NCBI GenBank assembly: GCA_018992685.1
Contig: JACVGT010000014.1
Span: forward strand, 29,040 to 93,039
Direction of reading: 5' to 3'
Source of the DNA: Theionarchaea archaeon
GTDB taxonomy: Archaea > Methanobacteriota_B > Thermococci > Methanofastidiosales > SZ-28-30
Length of the DNA stretch: 64,000 nt
How positions within the stretch are numbered: the stretch's first letter is position 1; each line of letters begins with the position of its first letter. Both the position numbers and the translations under genes were made by a program. Positions 9,397 to 18,376 of the stretch are shown here, piece by piece. The notes beneath the pieces were generated by a model. That model did not search any database, was not told where the DNA came from, and worked only from the letters and a program-made list of their open reading frames with translations.

Positions 9397-10239
9397 CTAG
9401 TAGTATGCCAAGGTTCCTTCCTTTCGAGCTCTGTTCAACCCCTTCTTGAATAGAAGCACTCCCAGGGACAGAGCTACCAGTGCCAGAACCAAGAGCATCC
9501 AGAAGTATCCCATGATCTGGTCCATGGTAGCTTGATCAGAAAGGGCCAGCCGCAGCCCGATAATGGAATAATACATGGGCAGTATTTTTCCTACTGGCTG
9601 AAGAATCTCTGGCAGGACATCAAGTGGGAAATATACACCGCACAGGAAAATTGCGATTCCCTGTACCACAGAAACCAGAGACCCTACTTGCTTCAGGAAC
9701 ACATTCAATCCCGCTACCATGAGTCCGAACCCTACCATCATCAGAACAGACAGCCCCATCAAGACAATGCCCATGGCGACATTTCCTGTAATTGATACAT
9801 CAAACACAGTGATGCCAAAAAACAGAAAGATTACCATGGATATCGTTCCCATAAACAGTCCCCAAACAGTGTAGGCTATCACAATAACAAAGGGGGACGT
9901 GGGAGTGAGAAAAATAGGTTCAAACGTTCCTCTCATCATTTCCTGCTGTATAGATCCTGATGCAGCTCCCATTGCGCTCCACAAATACCCCCACCCTATG
10001 GAGCCCACCAGAATATACTGGATGTAATCTCCCCCAAAAGGAGCAAGGATGGTCAGCATCCGATCACCAAACATCTCTGCAAAGAGAACGAACAAGAACA
10101 GGTTCATGACCATCTGTGCATAGTTAAAGACCATGGCAAATTTATACGTGAACATCATGAGGAAGTCCCTTTTGACAAATACATACAGTTTTCGTAACAT
10201 GGCGTCTTCACCACTTTGCTTTCTGGGGTATGTTAGCAT
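9397..10239 (-). CDS. ABC-2 family transporter permease (no cognate ATPase gene adjacent)
   Basis: 280 aa with 6 predicted TM helices and ABC-2-type N-terminal cytoplasmic stretch (YVFVKRDFLMMFTYKF). Confidence 0.55.
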   Translation of the reverse strand: MLTYPRKQSGEDAMLRKLYVFVKRDFLMMFTYKFAMVFNYAQMVMNLFLFVLFAEMFGDRMLTILAPFGGDYIQYILVGSIGWGYLWSAMGAASGSIQQEMMRGTFEPIFLTPTSPFVIVIAYTVWGLFMGTISMVIFLFFGITVFDVSITGNVAMGIVLMGLSVLMMVGFGLMVAGLNVFLKQVGSLVSVVQGIAIFLCGVYFPLDVLPEILQPVGKILPMYYSIIGLRLALSDQATMDQIMGYFWMLLVLALVALSLGVLLFKKGLNRARKEGTLAYY

Positions 10240-10344
10240 AGGAGTTAAAAAGGTTTTGGAAGGTCGAAAGAAGATGCAAGAAGGATAGTCGAGTCTTCAG
10301 CAGTCACCACCAATCTTTATAATATCTCAGGGTCTCCTCATACC

Positions 10345-10884
10345 ATGGAACCCATCAAGCAGCTGGTTGAAGCTGTCCTCTTCGTCAGTGGCAAGCCAGT
10401 GAGCCTGGGCAGTCTGGCCCAATCTCTCAATACACCGGGGGGGCAGATCAAGGAACTCATAGCAGAGCTCCAGAAGGCCTACCAGGAACGAGATTCTGCT
10501 GTCGAAATTGTGGAGACCGTGGACAAGAAATTCGTGATGCAGTTAAGACCAGAGCTTTCTGAGACTGTCATGGATTATGCTCCCGAGTCTGGAGAATCCA
10601 AAGCATTGCTCAAGACATTATCCCTCATTGCGTACTTGCAGCCTGTTCTCCAGTCAGATGTGGTTAAGTACAGGGGAACGGGCGCATACCAGCACATCAA
10701 ACAGCTGGAAGACCACGGACTGATTGAGAGGAGACCCAAAGAAAGGACCTATCTACTGAAGACAACTCCCAAGTTTGCAGAATTCTACGGACTGAAATCT
10801 GATTCTCCTGAAGACATCAAGAAATTCGTAGAACAGCATGTAGAAGTCATGAAACTGGAAAAGAATGGGGCACAGGCCCGGTGA
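10345..10884 (+). CDS. scpB: Segregation and condensation protein B (ScpB)
   Basis: Tandem winged-helix ScpB signature (LVEAVLFVSGKPVSL ... ALLKTLSLIAYLQPVLQSDV ... YQHIKQLEDHGLIERR). Confidence 0.75.
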   Translation: MEPIKQLVEAVLFVSGKPVSLGSLAQSLNTPGGQIKELIAELQKAYQERDSAVEIVETVDKKFVMQLRPELSETVMDYAPESGESKALLKTLSLIAYLQPVLQSDVVKYRGTGAYQHIKQLEDHGLIERRPKERTYLLKTTPKFAEFYGLKSDSPEDIKKFVEQHVEVMKLEKNGAQAR

Positions 10885-10887
10885 AAG

Positions 10888-13284
10888 CTACTTGCGCCTC
10901 ATCTTGAACCGCACATACATTATGATCAGCAAGAACACCACGAGAATGAGTACACCCGAGGAGACTCTCCTCACCCTCTCCTGTTCAACTTGATTTTGAA
11001 TCCGTGCACTGAGGGTCTCAAATTCTATAATAGTCGTTTTGGCTTTATCTTCAGCTTCCTGGTATTTCCCTTCAATAAAAAGGGCTCTGGCTTCTGCCAG
11101 CAATTCAAGGGCTTGATCTATCTCCTCTTCAAGTGCTGTGGTGTTAACATTCAGTTGTTGGGCCTCTTCCAGAGCCAGGGGGATTTTTGAGTAGCTTCTC
11201 TTGGCCTCAGCGATACTCTGCCTGGCTGTCTCCCTGTTCTGCATTTCTTTTTCTGCTCGTTCCTGTTCCAGCAAATAATAGGTTGAAATGACTGCAGCAT
11301 TATCCCCCATGTTGTAAATTTCTGTGAGCAGCTCGTCAGTGAGAGCCAGTCGGTAGGTATACGCAATATAGAATCCTCCCCACAAGGAATTGTCGAGCGA
11401 TGACTGAGGATACGCACCCACACTGGTGATCCCATTGTTATAAGCAACAATTAAGGAATTAATTAAGTTCTCCCGGGCTGGAGGTGCAGGAGATTCAACG
11501 TAAAAACTCAGGATGTACTTTGAGGGAGTAGGGAGGCTCTTTACTATGTATTCTACGCGAGGTGGGTTTTGAAGACCGATGTTGATCAGGACAATCCGGT
11601 CAACGATATCTTCCACCTCTGGGAGGTACAACCCGTACTCAGAAGAAGCAAGTTCCAAGTTGGCAGAAACTGGGACCTCCACCCACAATTCCTTGTTGGA
11701 ATCGCGTATAAGTTCCCTGAGGTCCCGCAGAAACTGGGAAAGCAGACTGGTCTTCCATTCTCTCACGGTTGGATCATAAATATTGATGCTGCCATCTGTC
11801 CTGGGCCAGTCTTCTACAGGGACACCTTTCTGAGCCATGTAATCAATATAGGATTGCAGGCAATCAATACAGAAACAGTCTTCCAGATAGTACAGTTGAG
11901 TAACAAGGATTGCTTCTGCATCATAATTGTTTGCTAGATACGTGACCATTTCAAAGAATTCTGTTTTATAAGGGTCCTGGATGAGTGCTGTGAGACATAT
12001 TCTCTTTCTCAGGACTCCCCACTCAAACGTTACAGAAGCTGAATCTTTATATCTGGTTGCAAATTCCTCGGACTGGGCATTGACCTGCAGGACACCGTAC
12101 AGATTGGCATTCCGTGCCTTGGAGATCATCTCATCAACATAATCTCGATCATATTTCTGTATGTAGGCACTCCACTTGTCGGGATAGGGCCAATACTTGA
12201 AGTATGTTGAGAACACGTGACCTGCCGGCAGAACAGCTGTGTTGACCTCGTAGCTTCTCCACTCTTCCATATTGTACTGATTGTTAAAGAACTCAATAAA
12301 GGTCAATCGAGTCATCCGAATGTCTTCAAAGGGAATTTGAGCCTTCTTTATGCGTTCGAAGTCCTTTCTCTGCCAGGCATCAGAATCAAAGATGAGCATA
12401 TCTGCATACGTACTCTCAGCCACCTGAGCTCTGGCATTGCTGACGTAGTCATCAGGAATGATGACGTACACTCCTGCTTTGGTCAACAACGTCAGCCTGT
12501 TGATGAGCGGAGTCGGGTTAGCCTCAGTCTGAACAGCCACAAAGGTAGCTACTCCCGGAGGCACATACTCTGCATCCTGATCTTGCAGTTCTTCAGGGAT
12601 GACTGTCACACCCACAGGCAGGTCTTGAGGCATAATGTCACGCAGAAAGTCAGAAAGGACTTCATTCCGGTAGGAGAGCCAGTCATACCAGAGGGGGGTA
12701 TTGCGTTCTTTTTCAAGCGATAGGTCAATGGAACCCATGTTATACCCGTATCGCTGCCCAAAATTGGCCTTTAATTCATCACTGGCAGCAAAATCATCAG
12801 GAAACCACAGATAATCGAAAAGTATCCCATCAATTGGATATGCTGTTACCTCATTCATCATGATTGTGTAGTACTGTCTCGATTTCAGAGGAGAGATCCA
12901 GTATTCTTTTGTGGCCATGTTCTGTTCCGCAAGCCACCTGTCATACAAGAGAGGAATCCACGCATACACCTTGATATTCTGATCATGTGCCTTCTTCAGA
13001 GTCTCATCAAGCACATCAAACTCGGACTTAACAAGGCTCCTGGGACTATTGTAGTACACCAGTCCTGAATCTGGTCCAGTGTCCTGCTTTATCATGAGAA
13101 AAATGTAGGAAACTCCATATTCTGCGCACAAATTCACAATAGAATCTATGTCTGCCTTTGTCTGTATAATATCATGGGGACGCACAAAGATCGCCAGAGG
13201 TAGATCAGTTGGTAATGATGCCGAAGGTGTGGGAATCATGGCAAGGCCCAATACAATGAGGAAGAGTACTGCAGCTCGATTCAT
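10888..13284 (-). CDS. Large secreted protein: signal peptide, TIM-barrel-like glycoside-hydrolase-like domain (GHL10/DUF187-like), long coiled-coil stalk, C-terminal TM anchor
   Basis: N-terminal signal peptide (MNRAAVLFLIVLGLAMIPTPSAS). Central region resembles the YngK/GHL10 family. C-terminal ~150 aa is heptad-rich (EKEMQNRETARQSIAEAKRS ... QVEQERVRR), followed by a hydrophobic anchor and a KMRRK tail. Confidence 0.35.
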   Translation of the reverse strand: MNRAAVLFLIVLGLAMIPTPSASLPTDLPLAIFVRPHDIIQTKADIDSIVNLCAEYGVSYIFLMIKQDTGPDSGLVYYNSPRSLVKSEFDVLDETLKKAHDQNIKVYAWIPLLYDRWLAEQNMATKEYWISPLKSRQYYTIMMNEVTAYPIDGILFDYLWFPDDFAASDELKANFGQRYGYNMGSIDLSLEKERNTPLWYDWLSYRNEVLSDFLRDIMPQDLPVGVTVIPEELQDQDAEYVPPGVATFVAVQTEANPTPLINRLTLLTKAGVYVIIPDDYVSNARAQVAESTYADMLIFDSDAWQRKDFERIKKAQIPFEDIRMTRLTFIEFFNNQYNMEEWRSYEVNTAVLPAGHVFSTYFKYWPYPDKWSAYIQKYDRDYVDEMISKARNANLYGVLQVNAQSEEFATRYKDSASVTFEWGVLRKRICLTALIQDPYKTEFFEMVTYLANNYDAEAILVTQLYYLEDCFCIDCLQSYIDYMAQKGVPVEDWPRTDGSINIYDPTVREWKTSLLSQFLRDLRELIRDSNKELWVEVPVSANLELASSEYGLYLPEVEDIVDRIVLINIGLQNPPRVEYIVKSLPTPSKYILSFYVESPAPPARENLINSLIVAYNNGITSVGAYPQSSLDNSLWGGFYIAYTYRLALTDELLTEIYNMGDNAAVISTYYLLEQERAEKEMQNRETARQSIAEAKRSYSKIPLALEEAQQLNVNTTALEEEIDQALELLAEARALFIEGKYQEAEDKAKTTIIEFETLSARIQNQVEQERVRRVSSGVLILVVFLLIIMYVRFKMRRK

Positions 13285-13470
13285 TGTATCAATGTTCCAG
13301 ACAGTGTTTAAAAAGGTTTTTCAAACTATCAACTGGTGCTCTCCAAGGAAAGCATTCATGCCGTGATGTTAACACTGAAAAAAGAGAGAACTGAATCACC
13401 AGCGCTCTGCGTACCGCATGACTGGATGCTGGATGACAACACATATAAAGCGGAGACAGCACGTTCTCTC

Positions 13471-13986
13471 ATGCTTTGTGTTGTGGGAATGCCAGGCTGC
13501 GGGAAGAGCATCTTCCTCACAACGGCTTCAAATCTAGGTTACTCTATTGTGTCCATGGGAGATGCTGTGCGAGAGGAAACTGAAAAAAGAGGGCTCCCCC
13601 CTGACAGGCATGGAGAGGTTGCTCAGCTTCTGAGAGAAGAACGAGGATTGGCTGCAGTAGCCCATCTGGTAGCGGAAAAGGTTGCTCCAGATTGCATTGT
13701 GGACGGCGTGAGGGGATTGGCCGAAATTGAGGTGTTCAAGAAGAAGCATTCTGTAGGCATTGTGGCCGTTCATGCTTCTCCCAGAACTCGGTTCTCCAGG
13801 GTTCAGAAAAGACAGAGGCCCGGAGATCCCCTGTCCTGGGATGAGTTTACAGAAAGAGATGCCCGTGAGCTGAAATTTGGCATAGGAGACGTGCTGGCTT
13901 TAGCCGACTGCATGCTGGTCAATGAATCCACCCTAGAGCACTTTAGGGGGGAGTGCAGGAGATTTCTCAAGAGGAGATGCTTGTGA
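13471..13986 (+). CDS. P-loop nucleotide kinase of the archaeal UPF0200 family (adenylate/dephospho-CoA-kinase-like fold)
   Basis: Walker A VVGMPGCGKS near the chosen N-terminus, then a kinase-like core. The 45 codons upstream in frame (13336-13470) are rejected as an extension. Confidence 0.5.
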   Translation: MLCVVGMPGCGKSIFLTTASNLGYSIVSMGDAVREETEKRGLPPDRHGEVAQLLREERGLAAVAHLVAEKVAPDCIVDGVRGLAEIEVFKKKHSVGIVAVHASPRTRFSRVQKRQRPGDPLSWDEFTERDARELKFGIGDVLALADCMLVNESTLEHFRGECRRFLKRRCL

Positions 13987-14366
13987 AAGTAGCTGTCAGA
14001 ATATCAACTCCCGTTCATTTAACAGAATCAGAGTCGAAGGTCAGGAAGGCCTTAGAGTACATTTTTCCTTCCGTGTGTTTCTTCTTGGATGGAACTGTCT
14101 TCAAGGGGGAATCGGAAGAACTGACATCACTTGAACATTTCAGGGAACTCTTGAAATCTCAGAAGATTCGCTCCACTGCTGATAGAATATTGAGGAATTC
14201 TCTATATGGTAGCGAACTGACATTTTACCTGAACAAACAAGCAGCGTATGTGGGGAAGGTGAATTTCTCAGAAGAAAGTCCCCTTGGCCCGATTACCATC
14301 ACACTGTCCTGTGAGAATTTCGATGAGTTGATCACCTACCTCTCTTCTCCCCCACCCGAAATGTAA
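13977..14366 (+). CDS. Conserved archaeal small protein (UPF0201-like), translationally coupled to the preceding kinase gene
   Basis: Overlaps the kinase gene end. Family recalled only from its usual pairing with UPF0200 in archaea. Confidence 0.3.
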   Translation: MLVKVAVRISTPVHLTESESKVRKALEYIFPSVCFFLDGTVFKGESEELTSLEHFRELLKSQKIRSTADRILRNSLYGSELTFYLNKQAAYVGKVNFSEESPLGPITITLSCENFDELITYLSSPPPEM

Positions 14367-14466
14367 ACTGCTTGGAGTTTGCGAAATTTTGCCCCCTCAC
14401 AAAGGACCAGCTTTCCAATTGCAGGTTACAAGCAGTGGGTTTACCGAAAAACTTATAAAGGAAGAC

Positions 14467-14503
14467 TTTTATTATAAAAGGTGGCTTTTCAAGCCATTAA
14501 AAT
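14467..14503 (+). promoter_or_regulatory. Histone gene promoter region with two TATA-like elements (ttttattataaaag; attaaaattg) upstream of a strong SD (aaaggaggt)
   Basis: AT-rich boxes 50-85 bp upstream of the ATG at 14552, with a GGAGG ribosome-binding site 8 bp before the start. Confidence 0.35.
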
Positions 14504-14551
14504 TGACATAGAATAGGAGCAAAATTCATCGACTTAAAAGGAGGTATCACG

Positions 14552-14761
14552 ATGGCATTACCACTAGCATCTGTTGACAAGTTGATTCGAAAGGCCGGTG
14601 CTCACCGTGTGTCAGAAGACGCGGCTAAGGAACTTGCAGCTCATCTGCAGGAGACAGCTATCGAGGTTGCCCGCGAAGCCATAACACTGGCAGACCACGC
14701 AGGGAGAAAGACGGTCAAGGCCGAGGACATTGCGCTGGCCAAGAAGCGAATGTTTGAGTGA
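14552..14761 (+). CDS. Archaeal histone (HMf-like histone fold)
   Basis: 69 aa: MALPLASVDKLIRKAG...AKELAAHLQETAIEVAREAITLADHAGRKTVKAEDIALAKKRMF, the canonical archaeal histone fold. Confidence 0.9.
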   Translation: MALPLASVDKLIRKAGAHRVSEDAAKELAAHLQETAIEVAREAITLADHAGRKTVKAEDIALAKKRMFE

Positions 14762-14763
14762 TC

Positions 14764-14790
14764 CTTTTCACTCCTTTTTTTATATTATAG
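14764..14790 (+). terminator. Oligo-T tract (ccttttcactcctttttttatatt) downstream of the histone gene
   Basis: T-runs immediately after the stop codon, typical of archaeal intrinsic termination. Overlaps the 3' end of the convergent HD gene. Confidence 0.4.
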
Positions 14791-15540
14791 TGTGATGGGC
14801 AGGGTCTTGTTTCTGTGAATGCCCACAATCTCTAGATAGTCCATGAGCCCAGACGTCCTGGCCTTTGCTCCCAAGACTTCCTGAATCTGGAAAATGCCTG
14901 CCTGACTATCCATGCGTACTTCAATCTTCAATGGCTTCTTCACACCAGGAGAAAGGGTGACTTTCTTTATGGAGAGAGCTGAAACAGAGTGAATATCGAC
15001 TTTACCTCGATGATACGGTATTCTAGCTCTGCCCTCCGCCATGTCGCATCCATCTGCCACCTTGACAATGCCTGCTTCTGTGGTGAGACAGTGAGTATCC
15101 TCATGGTGGGAGTACACACAGTGGAGAATTTCAGAGAGCATCTGGACAGGTCGGGCCGTGAAATCTGGAAGTACCGGGTGGAGAAGCTGGGCGGTCAAAT
15201 AGCAGCTGTGCATGATGTGTTCTTTTCTGTGAACCATGTTTCCCACATCATGGAGAAAGGCTCCTGCCATCACCACAAGCTGAACATCACCATAGGTTCC
15301 CAGGTTCTCTTTGACAATGTTGAGAGGTACTTTCTCTTTGAGAATATCCAAAATATGCAATGCATACAGGGTGATAATCTTTGAGTGAATTAGCCCGTGA
15401 TCATTATACCCCATGCGGATAATGACCATCTGGTTTGATGCGTCTAGAAATGGAGAGAACTCCAGCAGCCTCCGGTAAAACTTGCGACCATCTGCAGACA
15501 GAAAAGATTCAATGTCAGCATCCAGCCTTTTCAGGTTCAT
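14785..15540 (-). CDS. HD-domain (HDIG-like) metal-dependent phosphohydrolase
   Basis: H...HD...H...D pattern (HSKIITLYALHILD ... LHDVGNMVHRKEH ... SHHE). Confidence 0.6.
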   Translation of the reverse strand: MNLKRLDADIESFLSADGRKFYRRLLEFSPFLDASNQMVIIRMGYNDHGLIHSKIITLYALHILDILKEKVPLNIVKENLGTYGDVQLVVMAGAFLHDVGNMVHRKEHIMHSCYLTAQLLHPVLPDFTARPVQMLSEILHCVYSHHEDTHCLTTEAGIVKVADGCDMAEGRARIPYHRGKVDIHSVSALSIKKVTLSPGVKKPLKIEVRMDSQAGIFQIQEVLGAKARTSGLMDYLEIVGIHRNKTLPITL

Positions 15541-16424
15541 ATGTCTACCTCAAAGCTCAACACAGTTCCCTGATCGCACAGAGCCCAGGCCATATTGTTG
15601 GTGTTGAAGGCGTATTCTACATTTCCGTGAAAATCTATGGCAATTGCCCCTGTTTCCGGTGAACTGGTGAGCATGGTTTGCAGAGCTTCCTTGAGAGAAC
15701 AGGTTGGCAAGAGATCGTGAACGGACTTTGAGAATACTGATCTAATAATATTTTCGCCGATTCCTGTGGCAGAAAGGGCTGCCTTCTCCCCTGCATACGT
15801 CCCACACCCTGCCAGCGGCGAATCGCCAACCCTGCCTTTTAGCTTCAGCCAAATTCCGCCTGTGGAAGTCGCGGCTGCCAGATCTCCATCAAAGGCAACA
15901 GCTCCCACAGTTCCATGCTGGGCGTACAAGTTCACATTCTTTTTCCACCTGGTATCGCCTTTCAGAAACTGAGATCTCAGCTCTTCAAATTTCTTCCTAC
16001 GCTCGTTTGTCACAGGGTCATAGTGATCAAACCAATGTCTCCCAAAAGAATATGCACCCTCTCCCACCAGAAAGACATGGTCAGTCCTCTCCATAACCAG
16101 GCGAGCCACCTGCACAGGGTTTTTCATGTTTCTCAGAGCCCCAACAGCACCCACATGTCCTTTGAACATGACCATAGCGTCAGCTTCCACCTCTCCTTCA
16201 ATATTAAGGACTGCCCCGGTACCTGCATTGAATAGAGGGTTGTCCTCAAGCGAGGACACAGCCTGAATGACTGCATCCAGGGCGTTGCCTGTGGCCAGTG
16301 CATCGTAACCTGCCTGGGCCGCATTCTCGACACCCTCTTTGTATTCAGCAATATCATGGTCAGCCTTGGAGAAGTCTCCAGCTCCTCCGTGAACGATGAC
16401 TTTCTTCATGAGAGCTATTCGCAT
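15537..16424 (-). CDS. Isoaspartyl peptidase / L-asparaginase (Ntn-hydrolase, plant-type asparaginase family)
   Basis: VIVHGGAG N-terminus, GTGAVLN, catalytic-threonine context TVGAVAFDG and GxxGDSPxxGxGxYA C-terminal motif. 4-nt overlap with the downstream HD gene. Confidence 0.8.
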   Translation of the reverse strand: MRIALMKKVIVHGGAGDFSKADHDIAEYKEGVENAAQAGYDALATGNALDAVIQAVSSLEDNPLFNAGTGAVLNIEGEVEADAMVMFKGHVGAVGALRNMKNPVQVARLVMERTDHVFLVGEGAYSFGRHWFDHYDPVTNERRKKFEELRSQFLKGDTRWKKNVNLYAQHGTVGAVAFDGDLAAATSTGGIWLKLKGRVGDSPLAGCGTYAGEKAALSATGIGENIIRSVFSKSVHDLLPTCSLKEALQTMLTSSPETGAIAIDFHGNVEYAFNTNNMAWALCDQGTVLSFEVDI

Positions 16425-16740
16425 ACAGGATTTTAAAACTTTTCCGGAAGAACCGCAGCCAGCCTATGATTCATCAAAGAATGACTAGTGGGGGTTCTGC
16501 CAACCATCACATTCTGGCAGTACAAAGGTATATAGTACTGATTACGAATCTTTACAGATTTACAATGCGTTGAGAAAGCTTGGAATACACAGCTTGATAA
16601 GAACAGGCTGCTGTGAAACCAACTAGCTAGCCCCACAACACTCGCGAAATCTGCGAAAAATCGATGAGTGACAGAAAACTTCTAAAGGTGGAACTCACAA
16701 ATGAGTTAGAGGTGAGAAAATGGACTGCATAAGGAAACTC

Positions 16741-16790
16741 GGTGGAGGACCAGGTGTCCCCACGAAATTGGGTGGAGGACCAGGTGTCCC
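16741..16790. repeat. Direct repeat: two copies of ggtggaggaccaggtgtccc with 30-bp periodicity
   Basis: Exact 20-mer at 16741-16760 and 16771-16790 separated by 10 nt, in a 510-bp non-coding spacer. Confidence 0.85.
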
Positions 16791-16942
16791 GACATCCAAC
16801 TGAATAATTCACTCGTTCAAGGTAACTTCCGTGATCCATCACAGGATCAGGGTTATTCTTCTCATATTGGGTAATGGATCTTTTTTCTTTTTCGTCCCTT
16901 CCCTACTCTTCTGGCCTAGCCGTGCTCATCCTTCAAGAAGCA

Positions 16943-17911
16943 TCATTCCACAAGACTCTGTTCTTCCTCACCCTCAATGTAGTGAAGGACGCCAATGGCC
17001 TGACTAAATTTGTCTATCATGCCGCTGGTTTTCATGAATTGAAGCGTTGCTGAAAGATCAGTGAAGGTGAGATCTGACTTGATGCTCAGCCACACCAGCA
17101 ACCCTTCCTCGGTATGGGTACAGACAGTACTGGTAGGAAGGTTTGAGAGGAGTGCAATTACTGCGTCAGTGTATCCAGTTCTGAGGAGGAACACAAAGTG
17201 AGTGTAGTTGAGATAGCCATCAGGGTAGAACCTCATGAGGACAGTCGTATGGTTACAGACAGTTTCTAGCCACTGGTAAAACTTGTCAGATGAGATCAAA
17301 TGTTTTCTCAACGCAGGAGTGACTTTCTTTCTGAAATCATATTCATATTCATAAAACAGTTTCCATTCTTCTTCATCCCAGGAGGGAGGTTCATGGACAG
17401 GCAACCCCACCTTTTCAAGACCATTGGGCTCAAACTCGTGTGCCTGACTCTTCATTCGCTTGAAAGCTGGAATCCAATCAGTGAGAGGGACCCGGGGAGT
17501 AGTGATGTCTCCTCGTACTCCCTGGAACAATAAGTATTCAAATCCTTCAATGTGAGAGGGGTCATATTTCCCGTCTGAAATGTACATGATGTTCCAGTCT
17601 CCTAGGAACAAGCTACAATAGTCGATCTGAGGAATCTCTCTTAGCTGTTCAAATGCATTGTTTGGATCATCAAACTTGACGAGATGAAAGTATTTATTTA
17701 GTCCGGGATAGTATTCAAGTCTCAATTCTGGTCCAAACAGTATCTGAGAATCATACATATGATCTAAATAGCTGGAAACTGTATTTCGTGCCATTTTAAC
17801 ATTCTTAGAAATCTCATGAACGTGTACTCTGGGATTTACATATATTTGATTATATATAGCATGGTATCTTCTCAATTTCTCCTTTCTTGTAAGTTTGCTC
17901 ATATAACTCAT
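16943..17911 (-). CDS. Orphan hypothetical protein with an N-terminal helix-turn-helix (putative DNA-binding protein); rest has no recognisable family
   Basis: 322 aa. Residues ~25-60 (VHVHEISKNVKMARNTVSSYLDHM) look like a classical HTH. Isolated by long AT-rich intergenic regions on both sides. Confidence 0.4.
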   Translation of the reverse strand: MSYMSKLTRKEKLRRYHAIYNQIYVNPRVHVHEISKNVKMARNTVSSYLDHMYDSQILFGPELRLEYYPGLNKYFHLVKFDDPNNAFEQLREIPQIDYCSLFLGDWNIMYISDGKYDPSHIEGFEYLLFQGVRGDITTPRVPLTDWIPAFKRMKSQAHEFEPNGLEKVGLPVHEPPSWDEEEWKLFYEYEYDFRKKVTPALRKHLISSDKFYQWLETVCNHTTVLMRFYPDGYLNYTHFVFLLRTGYTDAVIALLSNLPTSTVCTHTEEGLLVWLSIKSDLTFTDLSATLQFMKTSGMIDKFSQAIGVLHYIEGEEEQSLVE

Positions 17912-18029
17912 CCCAACATTAATATAGTACTTCTTCGTAGCTATGTACGTCCATATCGCATATGGACCGATGTATAGGCTATGTCCCTAAGCTATAAATA
18001 CCTTTCGGCACGGATCTTTCACCCCCTTC

Positions 18030-18056
18030 GAGACCGGTTGTTCTACAACCGGTCTC
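18030..18056. promoter_or_regulatory. Perfect palindrome GAGACCGGTTG-ttcta-CAACCGGTCTC (11-bp arms) in the 5' region of the HTH gene
   Basis: Exact inverted repeat about 120 bp upstream of the HTH gene start (minus strand) and about 320 bp upstream of hdrC. Confidence 0.6.
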
Positions 18057-18376
18057 CCAAACACGACAAACACGCTTTTTTAAACACGTTTTTCTTTCCT
18101 TTTTCTAATCAACTCAACATGTCCACTCTTTCGTGATAATATTTTATTAGGTTCCTTCTGGACGCCTCCAGAGGGTGTTCTCCTGACCTTTCCAGATAGT
18201 GCACACCGTTTCAATGTCTTCCCTATGTCTCGACTACCTTCTCGAAATATATTTACACATTTTCTACAGAAAAAACTATATAAACTAAAAGGCTAAGATT
18301 TATAAATGTAAAGGAAGACTAAACCTTTGACCTCAAAGCCAAAGAAAAAGAAAAATGTACTTGAAGGAGCGAGAGA

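Noticed and set aside
13336-13470. 45-codon N-terminal extension of the UPF0200 kinase
   Set aside because: The Walker A motif sits right after the internal Met at 13471. The extension has no conservation signal and reaches into the upstream gene's promoter region.
16741-16790. Possible mini-CRISPR array (direct repeats)
   Set aside because: Only two copies; 20-nt repeat with a 10-nt spacer is far from CRISPR geometry; no cas genes or leader within the window.
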